NCBI GenBank assembly: GCA_051362555.1
Contig: CM120647.1
Coordinates: 6,200,001 to 6,264,000, forward strand
Direction of reading: 5' to 3'
DNA: 64,000 bases
Origin: Lingula anatina
Taxonomy: Eukaryota > Animalia > Brachiopoda
Part shown: piece by piece, positions 1 through 12,932 of the stretch
Position numbering within the stretch: the first letter of the stretch is position 1
How the letters are laid out: every line of letters begins with the position of its first letter
The notes under the pieces: generated by a model
Database searches by the model: none
Told to the model about the DNA's origin: nothing
What the model saw: only the letters and a program-made list of their open reading frames with translations
Program-made: the position numbers and the translations under genes

Positions 1-479
1 CGACCTTGCATTGTTATAGCAACAGAATAAAATTGTAAACACCGCCACCAAAAACTAGGTCAAAGAAGACGAGCCCAAACCGAATTGCCTTAAAATCCAT
101 TAACACAAAAATCAATTAACGTTTTAGTAACACAAGAGAAACATCTATTCAACCAGTAGATTGTCTTCGTAATGCAGTTAACCTAGAAAGTCAGTGGGAA
201 AGTCAACATCGCATAAATTTATTACAAGTCAATGGTTCATAAAAAACCTATCAGTTCATTTTCTGTGACATTAGTCAAGTCGTGGTTTGTGATAATGACA
301 GGTGCACTATAATGACCTTTCAATTTCCCCCGTCAAAACAGACCCAGGCAGTCGCCATTCCGCATTCTATTTCAAACCATTAGTTTCCCATTTAGAGCCA
401 GATCTGTTCTAATGCCCGCGGGACGAGGAAATTGTTCATTTTGGCCGTTAGATCGAAGGGAATTATTATCACCCGGGAT

Positions 480-866
480 AATTAGCGCAGGCGCATCGAG
501 TTGTTTACGACTCTGAACCTAGATCACGTGATGCGAATATGGCTGCTGCCTTTCAGTAAAGAGAACAACACAGCCGCTGCAAGATTAATATAGATTTTTC
601 TCCGGTTCAGGAATCGCGAGACCTTGTGTGCTTCAAGTCTGACCAGCCTCCCCTTAATCTTTTCATCCAGGGGCGCTGAGGATTTTTCCTTTCGCTGGAA
701 CATTTTGATCGGGCGTTTGTTATTGAGAGGGCAAGCTCTCTGGTGCGCCGACTCTCATTCATAAATTCCCGTGTGTAACATGTTTATCGGCGCCAGAAGG
801 TACAAGGAAGAAGTTGTGTAATAAACAGACTCACGGAGGAGAAGGTGAAGGTGATTCAAAGGCAGG
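480..866 (+). promoter_or_regulatory. Putative main IRS promoter and 5' UTR
   Basis: Locally CpG-richer sequence; FoxO-type TTGTTTAC (501-508), E-box CACGTG (525-530), YY1-like AATATGGC (~536-543) and Inr-like TCAGT (553-557) upstream of the ATG. The TSS is inferred, not observed. Confidence 0.5.
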
Positions 867-923
867 ATGGCGTCCACGGACTCGGGGGATATCCGAAAGC
901 AGGGATATTTGAGGAAATTAAAG
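867..923 (+). CDS. IRS: Insulin receptor substrate (IRS/chico family), coding exon 1: N-terminus and first beta strand of the PH domain
   Basis: ATG at 867 (context aggATGg) reads MASTDSGDIRKQGYLRKLK, matching the IRS-family 'D(V/I)RKxGYLRK' PH start. It ends at AAG|GTGAGA (phase 0 donor at 924) and joins exon 2 in frame. It is too short for the ORF track. Confidence 0.92.
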
Positions 924-2214
924 GTGAGACTCGAGAAAAACAAGGGCCGTACGATACACATATGTAATGGAGTGAATGGCAGGTTCAAATTGCACCCTGT
1001 GTGTCATAGCGTAGAAATGTTCCTTTAACCTCCAAATCACAGGGTGACATAGTTTTACCGTGTAGATTGTACCGAGTAACCCAGAAAAACATATATAACG
1101 ATAAAAACAGATTGAATCAAAATTCCAGGTACTACTACTAGTACTCGAGTACTGATGGAGACGTTTCATTCATCCTTTATTGCCAGCACGTCCCTCTGTC
1201 TGTCATCCCGTCTATCTGTCTGTCTAGCTATCTATGGACATGTATATACACATACAGCACTGGAGTATAAGCCCATTGATAAAAAGTGAATTGTTCCTAA
1301 AGAAAAAAGCCTAAACCTGTTTTTTGCTAAGTACTCATGATTATGTGAGACATGGCATTGAGCCAATCATCAAAGAGCCGTTTTTTTTTTATCCTTCATT
1401 ATAAAGAGACAGTGAATGTTTTATCATGTAAGCCGATTGTCCTCTCGGTGTATTAAGTACTCTGTAGTTTTTTTCCCTCCAAGTCTGATGGAAATGGCAA
1501 ATCCCCTCCCCCCCCCCTGCATTCTGGTATTTACATATATGTTAAGTACATGTGATTTGCATATATGTGTTTAAGGTATATTAATTAATCACCATTATTA
1601 TAATTATTATTGAATAATTGATACTGTTAGTATTTTTGATTGATTGATTGGTCTGAAGAAACTGTGGTTCACCTAAATTAATATGTTTGTTCACATGTTC
1701 ACTTTTCTGGAAGCTTAATACAGTGTCATCAGAAAAAAAAAAGTTTTTTTATTGGGGATATTTTTTTAACTGCAGATGTTTTTAGATCTTCCTTGAAAAA
1801 TATCTGCCAAATTGGAAAATGACTTACTCTCTCTCTCTCAGTTAAATATCATATAGCAGTTGCAGGTACCATGTACATAAAATAGAAATCATCAAATCAT
1901 CATTCCCCTTTGTCATACGAGACTAGAAAACATGACAAAAACCCGTGTGAGGCTTAACTTTTTATTGATTTTGCCCAGAAAGGCATCTTAGAAAACAAAA
2001 CATGATGAATTTGTACTGTAGCTACACACAATGAACTATAATTTGACGAGACATAAGAGGAAAAATTACCAGTGTATAAATTCTATTGTCTTTTATTTGT
2101 TGGCGCACCTCTGTCGCTAGTCTGCCATTATTTCTTATCCCACTCCTTCAAATTCCATGAAAATTGGCTCGACTTTAGGCTAAGTGGTGAGACTGTGGGC
2201 TGTCTCTGTAGAAC

Positions 2215-2401
2215 GCATTCAGAACAGGTTGATCTTGGGACAAACAGATCCGCGGACCAAATATGGCAGACACACTTGAAAGCTTGCTGCCTAATCCCCT
2301 ACTAGGTACTAAATAGATTAGGCAATAAGCTTTCAAGTTTGTCTGTCATATTTGATGTGGATCTATTAGTCCGTGGATCAACCTCTGTTCTGAACGCAGC
2401 C
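2215..2401. mobile_element. Foldback MITE (~190 bp palindrome)
   Basis: Arms GCATTCAGAACAGGTTGATC...CAAATATGGCAGAC..TTGAAAGCTT..TGCCTAATC pair with GATTAGGCA..AAGCTTTCAA..GTCTGTCATATTTG...GATCAACCTCTGTTCTGAACGC. Confidence 0.75.
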
Positions 2402-2414
2402 TATGATTGTTTAA

Positions 2415-2751
2415 AGGGATAATAACTCTTCGTTTTGGCCAAAAAAATGAATTTTCCTGGAGTAAACAACAATTTTCCCATACTTACCAATGGTTAATGA
2501 ATCCATTTTTACATTCAAAGTTAGTCCCTGGTTTTTTCTAAAAAGTTTGTTTTTTTGTTATATAATCTCTTAAGAGATTTTAACAGAGTAAAGCCATCAA
2601 TGGAGGTCACGTGGTCTAAAGACTAGTTCAGATATCAGAATAATAGCTATAACTGCCGTTTTTGTGGTAAAACAATATATTATATTTCTATGAGTTGTTC
2701 ACAATGTTTTTATTGTGAAATATAGATCTCATACGAAGAGTTATTATCCCT
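2415..2751 (+). mobile_element. Non-autonomous Kolobok-like DNA transposon, copy 1
   Basis: TTAA|AGGGATAATAACTCT ... AGAGTTATTATCCCT|TTAA. TIRs start with AG and the TSD is TTAA, which fits Kolobok rather than CC-ended piggyBac. Confidence 0.8.
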
Positions 2752-2774
2752 TTAACATGGGAGACAGATTCATA

Positions 2775-3000
2775 CACCCCATTTCCATAGATTTTTAGAT
2801 CGATCTATCCCTGTGGGGAGTCTCACTAGATTACTGTCAGCTTGGCCAGCTTAAGTGTCTGTCCCGCCTACTAAAAGCTGTAAGGGGGTAATTAACTATG
2901 GTGCGCGCTCGGCTGACTGCAATTTAGTGTGAACCCCCAGGGAGTTAGGTCGATCTAAAACTTAATCTTTAGATCGATCTAAATCTCTGGGAAAGCACCC
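2775..3000 (+). mobile_element. Harbinger/Tourist-like MITE, subfamily A copy 1
   Basis: CACCCCATTTCCATAGATTTTTAGATCGATCTA ... TAGATCGATCTAAATCTCTGGGAAAGCACCC, flanked by ATA/ATA; closely similar to 39110-39334. Confidence 0.8.
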
Positions 3001-4679
3001 ATAGTGTGACTGTTGTTGTTGTTGTTTTTCATCTTCCAGTAATTGTCCTTCATCACCCTTAGCAACAGTCATATTTATATCTATTTTGTCTCAGATAGGA
3101 AATGATGGCCATTATTTCTAAGCTCGTTTCATTTCAGATTTATTTATACCTTAGCCTATCATGAAAATTGTTTAGTATTGTTTTTTATTCTTGTTTTGAT
3201 GGGATGTAGGTTTTTTCAAAGGTCAACTCAACCCTGGATAGAGAAATTTCATTATCAGAAACCATAGGAAAGATTATAGTTTTGAGGAAGCTTACTAGTA
3301 CCAGAATGTAATGGGGGTTTATCTGGAATAATCTTTATTTAGTCTTATAGCTGGATGGTTTTGGCCATTTATTTATTTATTTATTTATTTATTTCTGCCT
3401 CAAACATGCCAAAAGTACATTTGAACTTTAATTTCCATCTCCCCCCCCCCATTTTTTTAGCTGTAGACAGTATAGGGATTTTTTCATTTGTGATACAGAA
3501 TGTTAATCCTGTTATTCATTTATCTAAGTCAGAAACTTTTAACAAAATTAATTATGTATATTTGACGGGAAAGGGCTAATGTGTTTTACATCGATCTTCA
3601 ATGAGTAAATGGTCCAATTTTACATTGTACAAAAAAATAAAAAAAATAAATAAATAAAAGAATGTCAGCAGACCACACCAGGATCTGTTTACAAGTATAG
3701 AAATATGATAAGCAATAAATATACAAAAAACAACTGGTGTTATATAAAATTTGGCTCGGGGACTTCATGATGGAGGGAACTTTAGCTGGCATAATAAGTG
3801 TTCACATAGGTTAAAAATAGCTAGCTAATATATTGCCACGAAAAGTGAAAGAGGATTTACTTCTCTTTTCCAAATTTTGTTAATTCATGGCTGGAAAGAT
3901 TTTAACAAAATTTGTTTGAAATTAGGATTCTTTTTCTGTAGGTAGTGGGTCTAAGGGTGGGATTAGTGGGGTGGGGGGTGGGGGGGTTAAAGGTTAGGAA
4001 AGGGATGTTTTATTGTGTAAATAATTGTGTAATGGGCGAAGGTTTTACTGGTTGCACGTAAAAGCAGTGGGAAAAGAAAGTAACATGTTACACCATTGTT
4101 ATAGTAAAGATTCAATTGCATTGATTTTTTAAGTGGAAGAGTGGATCTTGCTTCCTTCACATTAAAATTAATGCTCATCATTTTCTTGAAAACAAACTGG
4201 ATTTCTATTCCACTTGCTTAGATTTAGTGACAAGTTACCTAGTCCATAAAGTGCAGTTATCTAAGAGTAAGGGTCACATTTTTTTTAATCTCTTAAATTT
4301 TGCCCTTGACAAGTTTAGAACGACTATATGTGCCCAAGTAATAAATTTGATTTAAGGTATAAATTGTATCAGAGAACTTAGTAGAGGCCATACTGTCTTG
4401 AATGCATAAGGATGAAATTTTGGCAAAAAACACTCTATCAAAAGTAATATTGCTTCTGGTTTTAAAAAAATCAGATTTCTTTTATAATAAATTTGGTGAA
4501 AAACAGATATTTGATTCAAAAAAATTCTGCAACCCTTTCATAAGTTTTTTACTTTTAAGATATATTTTAAGTTTTAAAATAAATAAACAAACATACCTGT
4601 GGCTGACAAAGTCTGCTGTTTTTTCTTGGAAGTCCTGGCTCTGTAATGACGGTTGAAGAAAATGACCAAGCTATTTATA

Positions 4680-5918
4680 CTATAGATATGAAACTGAAAG
4701 TGGGCAATACCATATGTCACCTTAGAGGTCCCTAGCTCTTAGAATTGGGGGTTTCCGTAGGCTCTTTATTTCTTAGAAGTGGAGGTTTCCAGAAGGCCCT
4801 TTGTGTGTGTGTGAATGTGTGTGGGTGAATGTGTACGTGTGTGTGTGTGTGTGTGTGTGTGAATTGATGACAATCTGAATATAATTGAAATTGATGCAAT
4901 ATAATTTTCGAAAATCTTTGATGTTTGACAGGACTGTGATAATAATAATAATAATAACAGCTATAATAATCAAGCAATATGTCACTTTTTTTTTAGTCGC
5001 ATCAACTTTTAAAACAAAGAATCTTTTGTCACAACATCTTTTTACAGTTTTGTTCCAAACTTGGGGGGGGGGGGGGGTCTGGATAAATTGTATATAATTT
5101 TTTTTAAAGTCCAAAACGTATACAGTACAAAACAAGGCTGATAAGATTGCGAAAGGGTGAACTTAAGCAGATGGTTCTCAGGTCAAATGTCACAGGGGTT
5201 TCCGTAGCTCTTTATATCTGAGAACTGGGGGTTTCCAAGAAGTCGTGTGTATGTGTGTGTGTGAGAGAATCAGTGATAATCAGAAAGTTGAAATTGATGC
5301 TATATATTAAAATTTTTTGATGTTTGACAGGTCTGGACTAGTGTGATAATAATAATAATAACAGCAGTAATAATCAAGCACTATTTCACTGTTTTTAGTC
5401 ATATCAAGTTTTGAAAAAAATCTTTTTTGACATCATTTTTTTGACATTTTTGATACAAACTGGCCAGGGCTAGGGGTCTGGATAAATTGTATAAAAAATT
5501 CTTTGAAGTCCAGAAATTATACAATACAGGAGAAGGCCAATAAAATAATCAAACGGTGAACTTAAGCAGGTGTTTTTCAGGTCAAAGGTCACAGAGACTT
5601 CCAGCCAGGTTGAAGTTTCTGAGAAATTTGAGAAAATGAAAGTAAAAAAATTCCATCCTATAAAATGCTTGAAAGACAAAGCAACCTACCTGCTATTAAC
5701 CGGCTGTGGTGTTTTCTTCTAGCACAGGATCCGTAATAAAGGCTCAAGAAAATCACCCAGCTTTTTGTACCATAGATATGAAACTGAAAGTGATCTTTTG
5801 AAATTTCCAAGAACTGGAGACTTCCAGGAGACCCTAATTTTGTGTAGGTGCATTGTTGACAATCTGAAAATGGATTTTGATGCTTTATCTTACAATGTGC
5901 CTTCCATAGAATTGGTAT

Positions 5919-5959
<41 letters not shown>

Positions 5960-6100
5960 TATGAATATCACATCTCTCTGATATTTTTGTCATTTATTTT
6001 TGAAAGTGAATTTTTTAAATCATTTATTTCCATTTGCTCAACTTGAGAATGTCTAGAATTAGATGGAAATATAACCAAGTCTTAAATCCAACCCTTACAC
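4680..6100 (+). repeat. Diverged tandem array of ~450-bp units (2 clear, 1 decayed)
   Basis: Recurring GGGGTTTCCGTAG..CTCTTTAT, TTGAAATTGATGC, GATGTTTGACAGG, GGGGTCTGGATAAATTGTATA, GGTGAACTTAAGCAG..TCAGGTCAAA and TAGATATGAAACTGAAAGTG. Confidence 0.8.
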
Positions 6101-6308
6101 AAGGGAAAGTTGATTTAATTTTAAAAGGTTGTGTAAACAAAGGTTTTGAGGTCAGCAGGTCAAAGGTCATGGAGTCTTCCAGCCAGGTTGAAGTTCTGTG
6201 AACTGAAAGTGAAGGTGAAAGTCAGAGGATACATACTAGTTATTTCTTTATTGAATTTTAGTAGCTAACTTATATTTCAAGGGAATAATGTGATGGATGC
6301 AATTCTTT

Positions 6309-6339
<31 letters not shown>

Positions 6340-6931
6340 GTCCTGCCTCAGACATGCCAAAAGTAAAATGGAATCTTGAATTTTCATCTTTTTTCCCCAT
6401 TTTTTAGCTGTAGACAGTATAGGGATTTTTGTTTGTGATACAGAATGTTAATCCCATTATCCATTCATCTGTCATGTAACACGTGTAGCGGAGGCGCCTA
6501 TGTGTGATGAGATGACTTCTTGAATGGTATAAAATATGCATAAGGGAAAGTTGATTTTATTTTAAAAGGTTGTGTAAACAAAGGTTTCGCGGTCAGCAGG
6601 TCAAAGGTCACGGAGTCTTCCAGCCTGGTTGAAGTTCTGTGAACTGAAAGTGAAAGTGAAAGTCAGAGGATACATACTAGTGGGGCCGTAGCGATAGTCC
6701 GAAGGTTCAATAGTCCGAAGGTTCATTGGTCCGAATGTTCACTATAGAACCTTCGGACCAATGAACCCTTGATTAAAAAATCGATGAAAATGTTACCACT
6801 TTTCGGACCAATGAACCTTCGGACCAATGAACCTTCGGACTATCGAGACGCCCCCATACTAGTTATTTCTTTATTGAATTTTAGTAGCTAACTTATATTT
6901 CAAGGGAATAATGTGATGGATGCAATTCTTT

Positions 6932-6982
<51 letters not shown>

Positions 6983-7196
6983 GTCCTGCCTTAGACATGC
7001 TAAAAAGAACAATTGAAACTATAAATTTCCATCTTTTCCCCCCCCCCCCAATTTGTAGCCGTAGACAGTATGGGGATTTTTTTATTTTCCAATTCTGAAT
7101 GTTAATCCCGTTATCCATTCGTCTGTCATGTAACACGTGTAGCGGAGGCGCCTATGTGCGATGAGTAATGACTTCTTGAATGGTATAAAATATGCA
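6101..7196 (+). repeat. Tandem duplication of a ~440-bp unit (6101-6541; 6542-7196 including the MITE insertion)
   Basis: Both units start AAGGGAAAGTTGATTT and end GAATGGTATAAAATATGCA. A more diverged partial copy lies at ~3350-3525. Confidence 0.9.
6682..6855 (+). mobile_element. GGGG-ended foldback MITE with 16-bp subterminal repeats and an 8-9 bp TSD
   Basis: (C)ATACTAGT|GGGGCCGTAGCGATAGTCCGAAGGTTCA... ...TGAACCTTCGGACTATCGAGACGCCCC(C)|ATACTAGT. The empty site is present at ~6232-6240. Superfamily (Mutator, Merlin or hAT) is unresolved. Confidence 0.88.
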
Positions 7197-7549
7197 CATC
7201 AAGTACAGTTGCTTAACCTTGTAACGAGACACACTACTGAATCACATACAAATTTTTTTTTTTTGTCACAGCACAGAACCTGACAATTTTGCCTTATCAC
7301 TGGCCTAGTCACTTTTACCAACTTTTAGAGAACTTTCTGTTTCACTTTTGTTTTAATACTTTTGGATTTAAATTCTAACAACTATTTTACAAGTATATAC
7401 ACTTGGTAAAAATGTTTTGCCTTTGTCATTGTTAAATGCACTAATACTGTACTAAATAATAATGATAATGATGATAATTATAGAAAAAAAAACTTTTTTC
7501 TTATCAATGCAAATAACCTTCACCCAGTTTCATTAAATACGTCAAAAGT

Positions 7550-7670
7550 TCAACCTTTTAAGACTTGAAGGCCTATCAGGGTGTTTACTGTGTATATTGC
7601 CACATCTGGGACCCCAGCGTTTTGTTTGTTTATAGATTTTGAACTTAGCCAGAACAAGGTTAAGGCATGG
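7550..7670 (+). repeat. Dispersed ~120-bp repeat (second copy ~13286-13420)
   Basis: AACCTTTTAAGACTTGAAG...GGGTGTTTACT..GTGTATATTGC.ACATCTGGGACCCCA...ACTTAGCCAGAACAAGGTT occurs in both places. Confidence 0.75.
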
Positions 7671-9039
7671 GAATTTTTTTATTTTCTTTTTTCTTGTTAA
7701 TAATTATCAATAAAACTAATAATACTACTTAGTACTACTACTAATAATAATATTTTAATCAAAAATTCTCAACACATTTTGAGCGAATGTCAGAAGGTTG
7801 GCTCAACCAAACTATTGCATATAGTATTCATAAAATGTAGTGTAGACGTGGAAAGAAAAATTGACAGACAGACAGACAGACAGACACACAAAACTTAAAT
7901 CATAGTAACACCATGGCAAATATCAAGGAAAAAAGGTCAGACATGCATCTTGCTTACAGGAACATCACAAAAGTGAAAATAAGCCACCTAGACGAATTTT
8001 AAAGCCTTGCTGAGTTTGAAATGGACATGCACCGAATGACCCCCCAGAAGTTAAAAGATGCCATCATGTTGTTGTTGTCGTCTCAGCCACCAGACATTGA
8101 AATGAGTTGTTGACTGACACTGAAGGTGAAAATAGACCGGGTGATTGACCTTGGGGCAAATAACAGTGTCATTGAGACAAACCGTAACAGTATGTGTCAC
8201 CCAATTTGATATCTAGATCTGTGTTCATTGCTTGTTGTTTACCTGAATGAAAGCGAATTATTAAATACTGGAAAAAAATATAAAGACAGAAACCAGAAAA
8301 CAATCAAATACCTAAAGAATGAAGAGATTAATAAATAAGAGGATTAATATATAAATAGTTGATAAATAGTTGAATCAATAAATAAATGAATGAATGAATG
8401 AATAGAAAGATGAATGAACTAATAAAATAATTAAATAAATGAATAAGTAATTAGTTAAAATTGAAACTAAATTGTAAAGTTTTCACCAATTAAAGTGGAA
8501 ATGCCCCAATTCATATCTTTTAGGCTAGGACCAGTTCAGACAGGGAAGTAACTTAGACTGGATCTTGACCACATTGCATCATGATATTTACTGTTATAAA
8601 GAATCACTAAACCGCAGGCGGCTTGTTTGACGGGGCAAAAAAGGTTGCCGTAGAAATGCTCTAGTGATGCTCAACATCTGGTGATGATAATGATGATGTA
8701 ATTAATTTATGACGCTTAATTTGATTCCTGATGTGAACAGGCCCGTAGGTTGAATTTCTGGCCCTCCGGTGCCATGTCAGTGCAACACGATATTGATAAC
8801 CTAATTTCATGGAGTGTGGCATAAATAAGTTCTAATTATATTTCTCAGCTGGCTCAAAGATGGATTACCCTGAGTTTCTAAATCATATTGCCAACCCATT
8901 GCATGTACTAGTAGTGGGTAAGACTTCTAGAATGAAATTATTTGCTGGGTTTTATAATTATGTGAGTATGTTGGTGAAAACGGAAGTCACCCTATTGAAT
9001 GTAGGTTGGGAATTGATAGATGACGATAAATAAACCTAA

Positions 9040-9285
9040 ACTGGGTTCACATACCTAACGGGATCGATCCATCTCCAAAGGGTTTCCCGCTAAATTACTT
9101 TCATCTTAAGTGGCTCAGATGTCTGACACGCCTACTGAAGCTGCTAAACGATAATTAATTACCCCCTAGCAGCTTCAGTAGGCGGGACGTACATCTAAGC
9201 TGATCAAGTTGATTGCAATTTAGCAAGAATCCCCTTGGAGATAGATCGATCCACAGTTAGTACGATATGGTCTAGGAATGGTTCC
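9040..9285 (+). mobile_element. Harbinger/Tourist-like MITE, subfamily B copy 1
   Basis: Palindromic core CGCCTACTGAAGCTGCTA...TAGCAGCTTCAGTAGGCG; arms GGATCGATCCATCTCCAA / TTGGAGATAGATCGATCC; flanks TAA/TTA; colinear with 49820-50050. Confidence 0.75.
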
Positions 9286-10542
9286 TTAGCCACAATGACG
9301 TAAAACATAATTATAAAAGGTGGGGGGTATGATTTCTCGCCTGGTTCAAGGATGGGATAAGCTGTCCATGAGTTTCTGCACGAAAATGATTACCCAATGC
9401 ATGTAGTGTGCTGACGCAAATAGGCACTAATTATATTTCTCAGCTGGCCTAAGTATATCGATTACCTTGGGTTTCTATGCCATAATATGTGATGACATAA
9501 GAAATTAGAAAACTGTCACAATAATATACGTAAGAGAAGTCTTGTAGATATTGGTTACTTTTCAGTAACTTGCTGTTTTTAGCGCGGTAATAACATGGAA
9601 ATTTAGTCGGTTCTGAAATTTTTTTCAGTAGATGATTCTCCACTGACATAATTTTTTTTCACTTAGAAAATTTTGTCAAAATTTTAAACATGACACAGGA
9701 TAATTTTGAGAAGTTTTTCACCTAATATGGCCATGTCAGATTCAGGCATGACAAAAATGACAAAAATTTTCAAGGTCTTTACCGTAACACCCTGAGATTC
9801 TAGGGTCATTTTGAAAACTCTCCCGTCTTACTTCAGAAAGTCTCTACCATTTCCAAAGAGGTGATCTTCCAGTGCCTTCTGACTCTCAGGGTGATATGAG
9901 TATACTTGCACTAAATACCTCCTGTTTTGTAACTCGGATAAGGCGGTTAACCATAGCGATCATAAGTGTCACTGGAAATGATGTCATATCAAATTTTGTC
10001 AATCACTCTCGTTGTTGTTATGTAAGTTGGGATTGGCTCATAAAAAAAAAAAAAAATTGGGTAAGATTACACGAGCTACCAGTGCTAATAGATTTGAAAT
10101 ACGGATGTTTGAACCAGGCTTACCCCTGAGGGACGACCAGCCATCATTTGGATGGCCATTGGCTGCAAAAAGACTGCCTTTATTTCCAAAGATGGTAGAA
10201 CGGCTTATGTAATCATTGGGAAGTGAAGGTATATTTGTAGTTTGACTCCCTGTAAATCGGTGACGCAATTACAGATTTATTTATAAACATTTTGGGACTC
10301 CCCATACCCCAAATACTGGGGAAACCTCTGATTTGAATTGTGACAAAATAGCTTAGAGACTAAGAAAATTTAAAAATGTTTTTTTTTCCTTTGAGGCTTG
10401 ATGTTTTTTACCTTTCTCAAATGGCCTTGATTACACTTGATGGCACTCGTCATCACCATCGTGAGCTCTGGGAGTTAAGATGGTGCCATTGTTGAAAGGT
10501 CAAATTGTCATGCCTTGTAGACCTATGAAAACACCTTTTGTC

Positions 10543-10736
10543 TCATAAATGTAAATTATCAAACACAAGCCGAAAATTTTTCATACCATTAGCTAACAGA
10601 CAACCTGGGACGTAGGCCTTCATCAGCATTATGTTGTTACTCACTGACCGCTAGGTGGTATAGCGGTGATCCAGTGTGACCGTAAACAAACCATATGAAA
10701 GATTTTCAGCTTGTGTTTTAGAATTTTCATTTATGA
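10543..10736. mobile_element. MITE-like element with ~43-bp inverted arms
   Basis: TCATAAATGTAAATTATCAAACACAAGCCGAAAATTTTTCATA versus TATGAAAGATTTTCAGCTTGTGTTTTAGAATTTTCATTTATGA. Confidence 0.7.
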
Positions 10737-11659
10737 TCCAACTACCAAGCTAATGAACATTTTTGCTGATTTACTTTAGTCTCTATACAAATGTTGTTTT
10801 CATCATCGCCACTCAAGAGACACGGTTTCATCCTCCTTAAAGCATTGATTTAATAGATTATTTTTGCTGTCAGTGTTTTTTAGTTATTATTTTAAAAGAT
10901 GAATTGATTCTGCATAAATCTGTTTGTGATTGTGTAATACTTTCAGACATTTAATATACACATTTAAAAATGCCCAAATGCCCCAAAGTCATTTTTTGCA
11001 TGTCTGCAGATCCTGCAAAGCTACTTATCTTTCCTGATTCTGATCCTAAAAACCAATAAAATCTCTCGAATCTAAATACTTGATGTCGATAATTCCCTCT
11101 GCGATGTTCAAGAAAACATGTCAGCTTGAGCATCTGGCCAGACATTAAAAACTAAATTATTTAGGAAGAAGAGGCGTAAAACTTCAAATCATTGGGCAGG
11201 AATTTGTTGAACGATGCTTTATGTGTAGGTGAATTGCTTTTTTATTTCTCAAGGAAAATCTGAGAAGTAATGAAAATCCCAGATATGATGCATTTATTTT
11301 ATGTTAATAATTGAAAGAGCAGTTACATTATAGTAATTACTCGATCTTTTTAAAGGGCAAAAATGATCAAACTTTCAAATACATAATTTTATTATCACAA
11401 AATTTTATTTCTGTATAGCATTTGTGATGCCTTTACTGTATATAATAGAACTACAGAGTAGCCTCCTTCTTAGTTTTGTTGCACTCAATAGGAATGTTCT
11501 TATTTTAAGAAATTATGACTTAAAAAATACAGCATCAGTAAAATTCACAATTCTCCCCATTGAAACAAGGATTGGCAGTGATCGCTCCTGTGGGGGGAGG
11601 GGGGGGAGGGCTTTTTTGTGTATCTCTTTGGATGTAGATATATATACAGTATTTAAATC

Positions 11660-11831
11660 TGGGGTAGCACTAGCAATTTTCTTCTTATAGCCAAATCACC
11701 CCTTTTTCATTACTTTTTTTCGCAAAATGGTTTAAATTTGTCTAAAATGAGTCAAATCAACCCTATTTTGTTTAGCCACTTGAAGTCAGTTTTAGCATTT
11801 GGCTAAATTGGCGAGTGTTAGCACTACCCCA
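11660..11831. mobile_element. Small MITE-like element
   Basis: TGGGGTAGCACTAGCA ... TGTTAGCACTACCCCA imperfect TIRs, with internal TAGCCAAAT/ATTTGGCTA inverted motifs. Confidence 0.5.
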
Positions 11832-12932
11832 TTGTAGATATATATGAATATATATCTTTTTGGGTCATTGGTTTAGATTTATTTCTATTTTGTTGGATGA
11901 AAATCAGGGACGACCTTTAATGGACCGTGGAAATGATAACCTATTTCATGTTCTTGTCAAATAGAAAACAATCCCATTTCTATTTCTGCCAAAGATTTAT
12001 CTTATTAATTTCGGTACGAATTGTCTGGTAATGTTGGTGCATTGTATGGTAATGTCGGACGGATACAATATTGGGTCTGAAAGGAAGGAGAAAAAAACAG
12101 AGAGAGAGGGAGGATACATGTGAACAAATAAATGAGAGAGAATAGAAAGTCCTGACCCTAAGACATTTACAAAATTATATAAACGTCTTAGTGTTGGTGT
12201 GTGTGGGTGAGTGAGTGAGATATCTAATTAGTTCTTATCAAATTGTACTTATTATTATTTTTTTTTTGAATTATGCAATAAAAAAGTGAGTCCAGACCCA
12301 GGATAAAAATCAACACTTTCAGACTTGAATAGAAGTCAACACAATTTTCTACTGTCAATATTGACCCAGTATGGAGAGAACAGAGCCCAACCTCTGACCT
12401 CTGACCTTCCACCCCCCTGATTTTTATTGTGGTCCAAAATTGAGCTAACATGGGTAAAGACCAGGGAGGCGATAATGGGCAACGTTGCCCTACTACATGA
12501 ACGGGATTAGAAACTGACCTCCCCCAGGCGGCAAGCCTAACGGCAACTATTTATGGCAGTACGTAATGAGTTTGGCTTAAATCTGTCAAGTTGAACTACT
12601 CGGCTAAGGTTAGAATTTCTTTACGGCCATTGGCTGAATAAAGTAACCAAAAGCATTAATTAAATTACAAATTGTTTGAATTGAGAATTTAAAGATAGAA
12701 TACATTTTTGCCAAATAATATGCAATCAAGCGATAATTAAATAAAAATAATTTTGATTGAGAATGTAAAGATACAATACATTTTTTGCCAAATAAAATGC
12801 AATCAAGCATTTGGCTTCGATTTATTCTTCTAGAAGGGGCCATGTTACCCTGTTGATCAGGCATACCACTTTCCACTTCCTATTTTTTTTTCTTACGCAT
12901 CATCCAGATTCATGGAATATAACAAAAGTTAA

